From the NCBI GenBank assembly GCA_050248855.1, contig JBFWRP010000007.1:64001-128000 (forward strand): a stretch of 64,000 nucleotides of DNA, read 5' to 3'. Shown piece after piece: positions 51,109-59,802 of the stretch. Positions within the stretch are counted from its first letter, which is position 1. Each line of letters opens with the position of its first letter. The DNA comes from Planctomycetota bacterium. GTDB taxonomy: Bacteria; Planctomycetota; PLA2; JAEUHO01. The position numbers and the translations under genes were made by a program. The notes beneath the pieces were generated by a model. The model was not told the origin of the DNA. It saw only the letters and a list, made by a program, of their open reading frames with translations, and did not search any database.

Positions 51109-51480
51109 TTACGGCCGGTACCCCACGCAAGCCAGGGCCAGGGCCACGAGGTAGACGGCGACCGAGACGCGCGCGATGAGGGGGTGCCGCGGCCAGCGCT
51201 GCATGCCGCTCCAAGCGGTGAGCAGCAGCAGCGCCGTGGAGACGTAGGCCACGCGGCGATGCCACAGGACGACCTCGGTGAAGCGGTGGGGCACGCGCCA
51301 GCCCATGACGTAGGTCAGGGCCAGCACGACGAGGATCCCGCCCAGGGCCAGGAGGACGCCCGCGATGCCGAAGCGCTTGTGGCGGGGCGTGTCCTTGCGC
51401 ACCCGGTACGCCTGGGCGAAGCACACGGCCGCCGCGAACATGACGGCCAGGTAGGTCCAGAACAGGATCGCCGAGCCCAT
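51109..51480 (-). CDS. DUF420-like small membrane protein
   Basis: Four TM segments with 'RHKR', 'WHR' and 'H..IAR' histidines. Confidence 0.6.
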   Translation of the reverse strand: MGSAILFWTYLAVMFAAAVCFAQAYRVRKDTPRHKRFGIAGVLLALGGILVVLALTYVMGWRVPHRFTEVVLWHRRVAYVSTALLLLTAWSGMQRWPRHPLIARVSVAVYLVALALACVGYRP

Positions 51481-51601
51481 GGCGCGGGAGGATAGACGCT
51501 GGTCCTCGGGACCCGGCCAGCCGTCCGGGCCCCGACCGGGTCGCTCCCGGCGACGCGGCCGCCCGTCCGGCAACCCGGCGCGACCTCGGGGGCGGCGGGG
51601 G

Positions 51602-51629
51602 TTGACGGGACGGGCCGGTCCCGTACATT
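51602..51629 (+). promoter_or_regulatory. Sigma70-type promoter of tRNA-Gly
   Basis: TTGACG-N16-TACATT followed by a C-rich discriminator, 12 nt before the tRNA. Confidence 0.7.
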
Positions 51630-51641
51630 CCCCCCCGCCTT

Positions 51642-51717
51642 GCGGCTGTAGCTCAATTGGTAGAGCACCAGCTTGCCATGCTGGTTGTTGTCGGTTCGAG
51701 TCCGATCAGCCGCTCCA
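51642..51717 (+). tRNA. tRNA-Gly (anticodon GCC)
   Basis: 76-nt cloverleaf: acceptor GCGGCTG/CAGCCGC, D arm GCTC/GAGC, anticodon arm CCAGC-TTGCCAT-GCTGG, T loop TTCGAGT, discriminator U and encoded CCA. Confidence 0.97.
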
Positions 51718-51725
51718 TTCCCTTG

Positions 51726-51764
51726 ACGAGCCCCGTGGGCCTGACCGCCTCCGGGGCTCGTTTC
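51726..51764 (+). terminator. Intrinsic terminator after tRNA-Gly
   Basis: Stem ACGAGCCCCG/CGGGGCTCGT followed by TTCGT. Confidence 0.7.
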
Positions 51765-51790
51765 GTCTCGCCGGCTCGCACGGAGGGCAT

Positions 51791-52174
51791 GTGTCCACGA
51801 ATCCGCCCTCTGGCCGACCGCCCACCCCGCTCGACGCCCCGCCGCTCGAGCTCCCCACGCGCCCGGCGGCCGACGAGCTCGTGACGGTCGGCGTCAGCGG
51901 CATCCATGGCACCGGGCTCTTTGCCGTACGGGACATCCCTGCCGACACGCCCCTCGGCGTGGCCGAGGGCGTGGCCACGCGCCGCAACGGCCCGCACGTG
52001 CTGTGGTACGACGACGAACGGGGTGTCCAGCGGGGCTTGGTCGTGACCAACGTGCTTCGCTACGCCAACCACGCGCGCCCCGGCAACGCGGCCTTCTACG
52101 GGCTCGAGATGTGGAGCACGGCGGCCATCCCCGCCGGCGCCGAGGTCACCCTGGACTACGGGACGGACTGGTAG
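51791..52174 (+). CDS. Minimal SET-domain protein-lysine methyltransferase
   Basis: SGIHGTGLFA, RYANH, I.AG.EVTLDYG. GGAGGG RBS. Confidence 0.85.
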   Translation: MSTNPPSGRPPTPLDAPPLELPTRPAADELVTVGVSGIHGTGLFAVRDIPADTPLGVAEGVATRRNGPHVLWYDDERGVQRGLVVTNVLRYANHARPGNAAFYGLEMWSTAAIPAGAEVTLDYGTDW

Positions 52175-52287
52175 TCCCCCTCGCTCGCACGGAAGTCGCG
52201 CCCGCCCTTGGTCGATGATGGAAGCGGGTAGGTGCCACGGCAGCGGGCCGCGGCGCCCCGGCGGGCAACGCGGCGGAGGCACCGGGC

Positions 52288-53076
52288 ATGGGCATCGGCC
52301 TCCTGCTGCTCGTCGCGATCGTGCAGGGCCTGACCGAGTTCCTGCCCGTCAGCTCGTCGGGCCATCTCGTGGCAGCGGCCGAGCTGTTCGACCTCGGGCT
52401 GACCGGCCGTGGGCGCGAGGCGTTCTTCGTCCTCCTGCACGGCGCCTCGCTGCTGGCCGTGCTGATCGGCTTGGCCCCCACGTGGCTCCGTCTGCTACGC
52501 GGTGGGGCTTGGAAGCGGACTGTCGGCCTCGCACTGCTCGGGAGCGTGCCGGCCGCGGCGGCGGGCTTGGGCCTGCGGGCCCTGGGCGCCACGGGGCTGT
52601 TCGAAAGCCTCGCGCTGGTCGCTTTCGGCTGGGGGGTGACCGCCGTCGTGCTGCGCGCAACGCGCGGCCGCAACGGAGGGACCGACCCGTTCCACGGCAC
52701 GTTCCCCACGGCGCTCGTGCTGCTGGTCGGTGCGGCGCAGGCCCTGGCGCTGGTTCCGGGCATCAGTCGCTCGGGGGCGACGATCGCGGCCGCGCTGCTC
52801 CTGGGGACGAAGCGGCGCGAGGCCTTCGAGCTGAGCTTCCTCCTCGCCATCCCCGCCATTGGCGGCGCGCTGCTGCTTGACGCCGGCGAGCTGGGGCACC
52901 TGCCGGAGGCGGCAGGCGGACTTCCCTTGGGCCTGGCGTTCGCCGCCGCGTTCGGCGTCAGCCTGGCCGCCCTCGTCCTGCTGCGCCGCGTCGTCGAGCG
53001 CGAACGCCTCCACGTCTTCGCGCCCTATTGCGCGCTGCTGGCGGTTGCGACAGCCGTGTACCTGCTCGTCGGGTGA
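52288..53076 (+). CDS. uppP: Undecaprenyl-diphosphate phosphatase
   Basis: VQGLTEFLPVSSSGHL, QALALVPGISRSGATI, SFLLAIP. Confidence 0.95.
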   Translation: MGIGLLLLVAIVQGLTEFLPVSSSGHLVAAAELFDLGLTGRGREAFFVLLHGASLLAVLIGLAPTWLRLLRGGAWKRTVGLALLGSVPAAAAGLGLRALGATGLFESLALVAFGWGVTAVVLRATRGRNGGTDPFHGTFPTALVLLVGAAQALALVPGISRSGATIAAALLLGTKRREAFELSFLLAIPAIGGALLLDAGELGHLPEAAGGLPLGLAFAAAFGVSLAALVLLRRVVERERLHVFAPYCALLAVATAVYLLVG

Positions 53077-53117
53077 GACGCGGCGCACGCAGCCAGTCGC
53101 AGTACCGCCGTACGCAG

Positions 53118-53792
53118 CTACGGTCGGCGCGCCAACGTCGCCTGCTGCAGGAAGACACGCGAAAGGCCCAGACCACGCCCGATGCTCTCGACGAGACCGG
53201 AGCCCGGCAGGTCGACGGGCAGCGGCATGTAGCGCACACCGCGGACGACATCGAAGCCAGCGCCCTCGAGGTGTTGGCGCGTCTCGCGCAAGGACCAGCG
53301 GTGCGCGAGCCAGCGCGGGTCGAAGTGACCCCGCCAAAGCCCCAGCCGGAGTCCCCACGGCGTGGGGTCGGCCACCACGAGCACGCCGCCCGGTCGCAGC
53401 ACGCGGGCCAGCTCGCGCAGCGCCCCATCGGCATCGGGCACGTGCTTGAGCGTGGCGACGAGCGTGGCCACGTCGATGCTGGCGTCATCGAACGGCAGGG
53501 CTTCGGCGCGCGCCGCCACGACGTCGTGCCCGGCCTCCCGAGCCGTGGCCACGAGGTCCTCGGAGGCCTCGACGCCGACACGCTCGCTGGCCGGGAACGA
53601 CGCGGCGAAGGCGGCCAACATGCGCCCATCGGCGGTGCCCACGTCCAGCAGCCGGAAGGCCTCCCCCGCCGCGGCCCCACGGCCCTCGCGGACGAGGCTC
53701 GTGACCATGGCCGTACGGCGCAGGAACCCGTCGCGGAACAGACGGGACCGGCCGCGGAGCTCGGCGTACTGGCGGAAGCCCTCGGCGGTCAT
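53118..53792 (-). CDS. Class I SAM-dependent methyltransferase (Methyltransf_11-like)
   Basis: LLDVGTADG, AEALPFDDASID, RVLRPGG. GGAGG RBS. Confidence 0.88.
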   Translation of the reverse strand: MTAEGFRQYAELRGRSRLFRDGFLRRTAMVTSLVREGRGAAAGEAFRLLDVGTADGRMLAAFAASFPASERVGVEASEDLVATAREAGHDVVAARAEALPFDDASIDVATLVATLKHVPDADGALRELARVLRPGGVLVVADPTPWGLRLGLWRGHFDPRWLAHRWSLRETRQHLEGAGFDVVRGVRYMPLPVDLPGSGLVESIGRGLGLSRVFLQQATLARRP

Positions 53793-54083
53793 GGCACCTC
53801 CAGGCGGGACGGGGCCCCACCCCTTGTATGCACCTGTTCACCTACTCCGAGAAGCAACCGGCAAGGGTGCGTTGGCGCCACTCGGAGCCGAGCGCAAGCG
53901 CCACGGGTCGGGTCGCCAGGGCGACGGTAGCGCGCCCGCATCGGCGACGACTCGTAGCCGAGCTACTCGAGGAGCCGATGCGGGTGCGGGACCGAGCATC
54001 TGGCGAGCCGTCCGCCCGCACCTCGGGGGCTGAACGCTCGCCACCCCTTCCAGCATCGACCGATCCGGGGGAGCATCCGAGGC

Positions 54084-54563
54084 GTGAGCACCCCGCCCCC
54101 GCTCCCGCCGATCCGCCTGGCCGGGCTGGACGACGTGCCGGCCCTGGTGGCTGCCAACGTCGCCATGGCCCTCGAGACGGAGGGCAAGGCCCTGGACCCG
54201 GCCCGGGTGGAGCTGGGCGTGCGGGGCCTCCTCGAGCGTCCGGAGGCCGGCTTCTACCTCGTGGCGGCCGACGGCCAGGCCAGCGCCGGCTCGCTGATGG
54301 TCACGCCCGAGTGGACCGACTGGCGCAACGGCTGGTTCTGGTGGATCCAGAGCGTCTACGTGGCCCCCCCTTGGCGCGGCCAGGGGGTCTACCGGGCGCT
54401 CCACGAGGACGTCGAACGCCGGGCCCGGGAGCACGGGCGCGTCGTGGGGCTACGCCTCTATGTCGAGCGGGAGAACGAGGGCGCACGGCGCGTCTACGAG
54501 CGCCTGGGGATGACCGAGACGGCCTACCGCCTCTACGAAGTGGCCATCGGGCGCTCCGGGTAG
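54084..54563 (+). CDS. GNAT N-acetyltransferase
   Basis: EWTDWRNG.FWWIQSVYV, RGQGVY, LRLYVERENEGA..VYERLGM. Confidence 0.9.
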   Translation: MSTPPPLPPIRLAGLDDVPALVAANVAMALETEGKALDPARVELGVRGLLERPEAGFYLVAADGQASAGSLMVTPEWTDWRNGWFWWIQSVYVAPPWRGQGVYRALHEDVERRAREHGRVVGLRLYVERENEGARRVYERLGMTETAYRLYEVAIGRSG

Positions 54564-54603
54564 GCTCCGCCTCCCAACCCCATTCCCACCAAGGAGGACT
54601 CCC

Positions 54604-54807
54604 ATGTCGGTCGGCAAGGTCATCGAAATCACGGCGAGCAGCGGCAAGAGCTTCGAGAAGGCCATCGAGAAGGGCATCGAGCGTGCCCACAAGACCGTCA
54701 AGAACGTCCGCGGCGCGTGGGTCAAGGAAATGAAGGTCGCGGTCGTCGATGGCGTGATCACCGAGTACCGCGTGAACATGCAGGTCACCTTCCTGCTCGA
54801 GGAGTGA
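54604..54807 (+). CDS. Dodecin family protein
   Basis: AAGGAGG RBS. KVIEI.ASS..SFE.AI..GI.RA.KT..NV..AWVKE..YRVNM.VTF. Confidence 0.92.
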   Translation: MSVGKVIEITASSGKSFEKAIEKGIERAHKTVKNVRGAWVKEMKVAVVDGVITEYRVNMQVTFLLEE

Positions 54808-55041
54808 CCCCACGGGCAGGACCCGGAGCCGGAGACGATCGGAAACCTCGATGGATCCGTCGCGACGGATCGCCGCTTCCGGACACTCTCGTCAAGGTTC
54901 CATGAAGACGCCCTGGAACGTGGCTCTGGCAGGCGCGCGACTGCAAGGCATCATGGGCCCTCACGTCCCTCGAGGGAGGGACAGGGACCCCCCTCGCGCC
55001 GGCGCCGCCGGACCTGCGAGCACTTCCAAGGAGCATCACCC

Positions 55042-55176
55042 ATGCGCACCCTTCGTGCGTTCCTCGTCCTCGGGCTCGTGGCCGGCATGCTGGCCCTCTC
55101 CGGTTGCTGCGGCAGCCTCTGCGACGACCCCTGCGACGCGCCGGCTTGCGAGCCCTGCGCGAAGCCCTGCTGCTGA
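55042..55176 (+). CDS. 44-aa cysteine-rich lipoprotein (absent from the ORF track)
   Basis: AAGGAG RBS at 55028-55033. Translation MRTLRAFLVLGLVAGMLALSGCCGSLCDDPCDAPACEPCAKPCC, with lipobox LSGC. Confidence 0.8.
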   Translation: MRTLRAFLVLGLVAGMLALSGCCGSLCDDPCDAPACEPCAKPCC

Positions 55177-55260
55177 TCGCCTGACCGCGCCTGGCGCGGT
55201 CTTGCTTCCCGACGGCGAGGTCCTCGCGGACCCCGCCGTCGTTCGTTTTGCCCCGCGCGC

Positions 55261-56178
55261 TCAAGGCGCGTGGGCCGCGACCTCCAGGGCTCGCCAGCCG
55301 ACCGCCTCGATGGCCGGGTCGTCCGTGTCGCGGCCGTAGGGCACCAGCACGACGCCGTAGAAGAGCGCCTTCCACCGTGCGCGCGCCCACGCGATCTCGT
55401 CGACGCCCCCGTACGCGGCCCGAAACGCGGCGTGCGACGACGTGGGCAAGAGCGTAAACGCGATCGAGAGATCCAGGGAGGGGTCGCCCTGGTGCGCATC
55501 GCCCCAGTCGATGACGCCCGCGAGCGCACCCCCGTCGTCGACGACGACGTGGCGCGGATACAGGTCACCGTGCACGAGGCACGAGGGCGGCGCCGGCAGG
55601 GCCTCGGGGTCCAGGGCTTCGAAGCGTCGGAAGGCCGCGTGGACACGCTCGTCGTCGCAGGCGGCGGCCAGCTCGGCGAAGCGTCGCTTCGTCACCGGGG
55701 TGCGACGCACGAGGTCGGCGCGATGGATCGTGTCGCCGGGCGTCTTCGTGGGCAGCGGCGTGTCGTGCAGCGCGCGCAGGAAGCGCCCGAGGGGCGCCGC
55801 CCACGTCGCACGCACCTCGTCCTCCACCGCCACGCGACAGGCCGTGGTCCCCGGCAGCCACGACAGTCCGACGAAGGGCGCGGTCACGCCGTACCCGGGC
55901 TGGCCGCGGAACAGCAGGCGCGGCACGGCGAGGGGGAGGCGGTCGTCGAGCGCGGGCAGGATCGCCGCCTCGGCCTCGAGCGTGGGGACGGCCATGTGGC
56001 GGCGTGGAAAGCGGAAGACGTAGTCGTCGTTCACGCGCCAGATGTGGTGGTCCCAGCCGGGCACCAGGGCCGTCAGGCTGGCCGGGGCCAGCTCCGGGAA
56101 GGCGGCCTCGAGGGCGGCCCGGGCCGTGGCCTCGTCGAGGGGGATCTCCTCGGCCCAGGGTCGACGCGGATCCGGCAT
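55261..56178 (-). CDS. Aminoglycoside phosphotransferase (APH)/choline kinase family protein
   Basis: GWDH, VFRFPR, LVHGDL, GVIDWGD, GDPSLDL. Confidence 0.88.
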   Translation of the reverse strand: MPDPRRPWAEEIPLDEATARAALEAAFPELAPASLTALVPGWDHHIWRVNDDYVFRFPRRHMAVPTLEAEAAILPALDDRLPLAVPRLLFRGQPGYGVTAPFVGLSWLPGTTACRVAVEDEVRATWAAPLGRFLRALHDTPLPTKTPGDTIHRADLVRRTPVTKRRFAELAAACDDERVHAAFRRFEALDPEALPAPPSCLVHGDLYPRHVVVDDGGALAGVIDWGDAHQGDPSLDLSIAFTLLPTSSHAAFRAAYGGVDEIAWARARWKALFYGVVLVPYGRDTDDPAIEAVGWRALEVAAHAP

Positions 56179-56307
56179 CGGTGCGTTCGCGCCTCCAGCG
56201 GTCCGGTTCTTGCGTACGTGGTCGGGGCCCGAGGGCGGGGCGCGCCGACCGCCGCCCTGCCCCGGTCCGCTTCTACCCTGGACGTCGCCTTTGGAGGACG
56301 CCCCCCC

Positions 56308-57135
56308 GTGATCCGCACCGCCTTCCTCCTGACCTTGCTGACGATGCTGCTCGTGTTCGTCGGTCGCCTCGTCGGCGGCCAGAACGGCATGATCATCGCT
56401 CTGGCCATCGGCCTCGTGCTGAACTTCGTCAACTTCTGGTTCAGCAGCAGCATCGTGCTGAAAGTCCACGGCGCGAAGATCCTCGAGCCCGGCGAGCTGC
56501 AGTGGCTTCAGGACGACGTACGGGAGATGGCCGCCAAGGCCGGCATGCCGATGCCGAAGGTCGCCTACATCGCCAAGTCGGCGCCCAATGCGTTCGCCAC
56601 GGGCCGCAACCCGGAGCACGCGGTCGTTGCCGTCACCCAGGGGCTGCTCGACATCTGCGACCGACGCGAGGTGCGTGCCGTCATGGCGCATGAGCTGGGC
56701 CACGTGCGCCACCGTGACATGCTCACGATGACGCTGGTTTCCGGCGCCGTGTCCGCCATCGGCATGCTGGCCATGATCGCCCGCTTCGGCGCCTTCTTCG
56801 GTGGCCGCGACGACGAGGACAGCAGCCCCGTCGGCATGCTCGTGGTGGCCCTCCTGGCCCCGCTCATGGCCGCCCTGGTCCAGATGGCCATCAGCCGGGC
56901 GCGCGAGTACGAAGCCGACCGCGGCGGCGCCGAGCTGTCCGGTGACCCCGAAGCCCTGGCCAGCGCGCTCGAGCGCCTGCACGCGGGCATCCCGCAGCGG
57001 CCGCCGCTGTCCTCCACGGGCGCCACGGCGCACATGATGATCGCCAACCCGTTCTTCGGGATGAGCCTCGGGCAGCTGTTCTCGACGCACCCGGACCCCC
57101 GCGAGCGCATTCGCCGCCTACGGGCCATGGCGTAG
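56308..57135 (+). CDS. htpX: Zinc metalloprotease HtpX (M48)
   Basis: GGAGG RBS. PNAFATGRNP, HELGH, SRAREYEAD, LFSTHP..ERIRRL. Confidence 0.95.
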   Translation: MIRTAFLLTLLTMLLVFVGRLVGGQNGMIIALAIGLVLNFVNFWFSSSIVLKVHGAKILEPGELQWLQDDVREMAAKAGMPMPKVAYIAKSAPNAFATGRNPEHAVVAVTQGLLDICDRREVRAVMAHELGHVRHRDMLTMTLVSGAVSAIGMLAMIARFGAFFGGRDDEDSSPVGMLVVALLAPLMAALVQMAISRAREYEADRGGAELSGDPEALASALERLHAGIPQRPPLSSTGATAHMMIANPFFGMSLGQLFSTHPDPRERIRRLRAMA

Positions 57136-57210
57136 CTGCCCCGCACCCGCGGCCCTGGCCTGACGTTCATGATGGGAGAGGCGTCCGCCTTCGAGCGGGC
57201 GCCGGGTCCC

Positions 57211-59754
57211 ATGAAGCTCGCGCGGTCGTTCCCCTCCGCTTGCCTCGCCCTCGCTCTCCTGCTGGGCGGCGCCGCGCCGCAGGCTGCGGCCCAGGACCCC
57301 ACGCCGAAGGACGCTGCCGAGCGAGGTGTGCGCGAGGCCGAGCGGCTCCTGAAGCGCCCGGGGCCATGGGCGCCGGAGCTGGTGCAGGCACTCGACGAGG
57401 TGCTCGATGCCCATGACGCCGCGCTGGACGCAGGCGGGCCTGGTCTCTCGGGGCTCCAGCGCGCCGTCCACGCGTTCGTCCTGGATGCGCTCGTGACCGA
57501 GCGCACGACCTCCGGCTCCAAGGCCAACCTCCGCTTGCCCGTGCAGCTCGCCGCCGCGCGCGCGTTGGGGCGACTGGACGTGTCGCGCATCCATGCCTTC
57601 CTGCCGACCGTCGAGCGTCTGCTCTTCGACGAGGGAGGCGCAGAGGTGCCGCCAGCCGTGTACGAGGCCGTGTTCCACGCGGTGGCGCGCGACATGGGCG
57701 ACGAGGGGGCCCGCTGGCTGATCGAACGCGCGGTGCACCCCGACGCCACCGAGAAGCGCACGGCGCGCGCCCACGCGGCGCTCCGCGAGCTGGGCGACAC
57801 CGCGGAGCGCCTCCCGGGCCCTCTGCGCCAAGCCGCCATCGACCGCTTCATCGACGTGTTCCAGTCGTACGAGTACCACTGGGTCGACAAGATGGAGGCC
57901 GTCGCGGGCTTCCGCGGCGGCTCGATCCGTTTCCGGCAGGCAGCCTCCAACAACCGTCCCTACTGGCTGCAGCTGCGCCCCGTGCTCTTCGAGACCATGC
58001 GCCGCCTCGGAACGGACGCGCGCTCCGGGGAGGTGCCCCGAACGCCCGAAGGCGAGGAGCTCGCGACCATCGCGGACTGGGGCAACTGGAACCTGCGCCG
58101 GCGCATCACGACCGGCGCGCCCTGGCTGCCCGCGGAAGGCGACGACGGGACACGCCGCCTGGCCGACGTGGCCGACCGCCCCGTGCGCCCGTTCGCCGAC
58201 ATCTGGGTGCGCCAGTACGGCGAACCCTGGACGGGGGAGTACGCGCGAACGCGTGCCGATCTCGAGCTGCCCCTGGACGTGCAGGGCTTGGCGCTCCCGG
58301 CGCGCGCTCGACTTGCGGCGACGTGGCTGCCTGCGTGGCGCGAAGCATGGGCGGAGGACCCGGCCCCCGAAGTGCGCGCGGCCGCGCTTGCTGCCTACGG
58401 CCGCGAAGGGAACCCTGCGGCGCGCACCCGCCTGCTTGCGGCCCTCCTCGGCGATCCCTCGCCGCGCGTGCGCGAGGCCGCTGCGTTGGCCTTGGTCGGC
58501 CTGCCACCCGAGCCGGGCATCGTGATCGCGCTGCGGCGCGTGCTCGGTGACGCCGGACGCCCGCTGCGCGAGCGCTCCTACGCGCTGCTGGCGCTGGGCG
58601 CGCAGGGCGACACCGAGACCCTGACCGCGTTGTTGCGTGCGCCGCTGCCGCGCTCGCGCGCCGAGGCCCGCGTGTCGGAGGACCTGCGCGTGATGGCGCT
58701 TCGCGCGCTTGCGGCGTTGCCCGGCGACGATGCCACCGCGGACCTGGAAGACGTCGTCCGCGAGGTCCTCGTCGATCGCGACGCGCCGCTCGCCCTGCGC
58801 GTCGCGGCCGGCTGCACGCTCGCCGAGCTGGGCTCGGCCCGCTCGCGCGGTGTCGTGGCCGCCTTGCTCGAGGAGGCGGCGGAGGAACGGCTCGATCCGT
58901 CGCTGTCGATCGCCGTGCTCGCCGCAGCGCCACGTACCCTCGCGGACGATCCCGAGGCCGCCGCGCGGATCGAGCGTGTGGCCGCCCGACGCCGCACGCC
59001 CTTCGCGGGAGTGCGCATCGCGGCCGCGGCCGCGTTGGCCGAGCTGGGTGGACCCGCCGCGGAAGCGGCGCTCGTCCGCCTCTGGCACGACCTGTCGGAG
59101 GACACCTCGCAGGTGGTGGCGTGGGGCCCCGCACTCATGGCCCTAGCCCGCTCCACCGGGGACGCCGCACGCACCACGTTCCAGGTGGCGCGTTCCGACA
59201 TCGACCACGAGCTGGACCGGGGCGCGTTGCTCATGGCCGCCGCCCGTCGCGGCCTCGTGGCCAACCTGGAGATCGAGGAAGTGCGCGCGATCCGCGATGC
59301 GCGCTTCGAGCTGATCGGCCCCGGGCTGCTGATGCTGGCCTGGCTCCGCGACAGCCGCGGGCCCATGATCCAGCGCGCCGCGCTGGACCGCGAGGCCGCG
59401 GGCGACGTGATCGTGCACGCGGCCTGGGCCGACGTGGTGCGCGATCCGGCCACCGCCACGGCGGGCCTGCTCGACGCGTGGCAGCGCGCCCGCGGCCCCG
59501 ACGAGCGGGACGCGATCTCGCAGGCGTGGCGTCACGCACCGTCCGAAGAGGGAATCACCTTCCTGGCCGGCATCGCCCGCTCCTCGCGCGCTCGCGCCGA
59601 CGTCCGCGCCCAGGCGGTGCTGACGTTGGCCCGCATGGCCTGGCCGGACGTCCGCGACCCGTGGTCGAAGTGGGCCGAGCACGTCGTGCCCTACGTCCAT
59701 GTACCCGCGTGGACGGCCGTGGCGCGGTGGCGCGAGGCGGCCTTCCTCGAGTAG
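57211..59754 (+). CDS. Secreted HEAT-repeat protein
   Basis: Signal peptide, then several 'DP.P.VR.AAA.AL' repeats. Confidence 0.75.
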   Translation: MKLARSFPSACLALALLLGGAAPQAAAQDPTPKDAAERGVREAERLLKRPGPWAPELVQALDEVLDAHDAALDAGGPGLSGLQRAVHAFVLDALVTERTTSGSKANLRLPVQLAAARALGRLDVSRIHAFLPTVERLLFDEGGAEVPPAVYEAVFHAVARDMGDEGARWLIERAVHPDATEKRTARAHAALRELGDTAERLPGPLRQAAIDRFIDVFQSYEYHWVDKMEAVAGFRGGSIRFRQAASNNRPYWLQLRPVLFETMRRLGTDARSGEVPRTPEGEELATIADWGNWNLRRRITTGAPWLPAEGDDGTRRLADVADRPVRPFADIWVRQYGEPWTGEYARTRADLELPLDVQGLALPARARLAATWLPAWREAWAEDPAPEVRAAALAAYGREGNPAARTRLLAALLGDPSPRVREAAALALVGLPPEPGIVIALRRVLGDAGRPLRERSYALLALGAQGDTETLTALLRAPLPRSRAEARVSEDLRVMALRALAALPGDDATADLEDVVREVLVDRDAPLALRVAAGCTLAELGSARSRGVVAALLEEAAEERLDPSLSIAVLAAAPRTLADDPEAAARIERVAARRRTPFAGVRIAAAAALAELGGPAAEAALVRLWHDLSEDTSQVVAWGPALMALARSTGDAARTTFQVARSDIDHELDRGALLMAAARRGLVANLEIEEVRAIRDARFELIGPGLLMLAWLRDSRGPMIQRAALDREAAGDVIVHAAWADVVRDPATATAGLLDAWQRARGPDERDAISQAWRHAPSEEGITFLAGIARSSRARADVRAQAVLTLARMAWPDVRDPWSKWAEHVVPYVHVPAWTAVARWREAAFLE

Positions 59755-59802
59755 TCCGCTGCACGGGAGCGGCCCACGGCCCGTGCCGGGTACGCTCGCG
59801 CC

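Noticed and set aside
51642..51717. tRNA-Gly as the integration site of an island or prophage
   Set aside because: No integrase, no duplicated tRNA 3' end and no compositional shift were seen.
54915..54950. Sigma54 promoter upstream of the Cys-rich lipoprotein
   Set aside because: GG-to-GC spacing is 12-13 nt rather than the required 10.
55261..56178. Bona fide aminoglycoside resistance gene
   Set aside because: Only generic APH/choline-kinase family motifs are present. There is no mobile context, so the substrate cannot be inferred.
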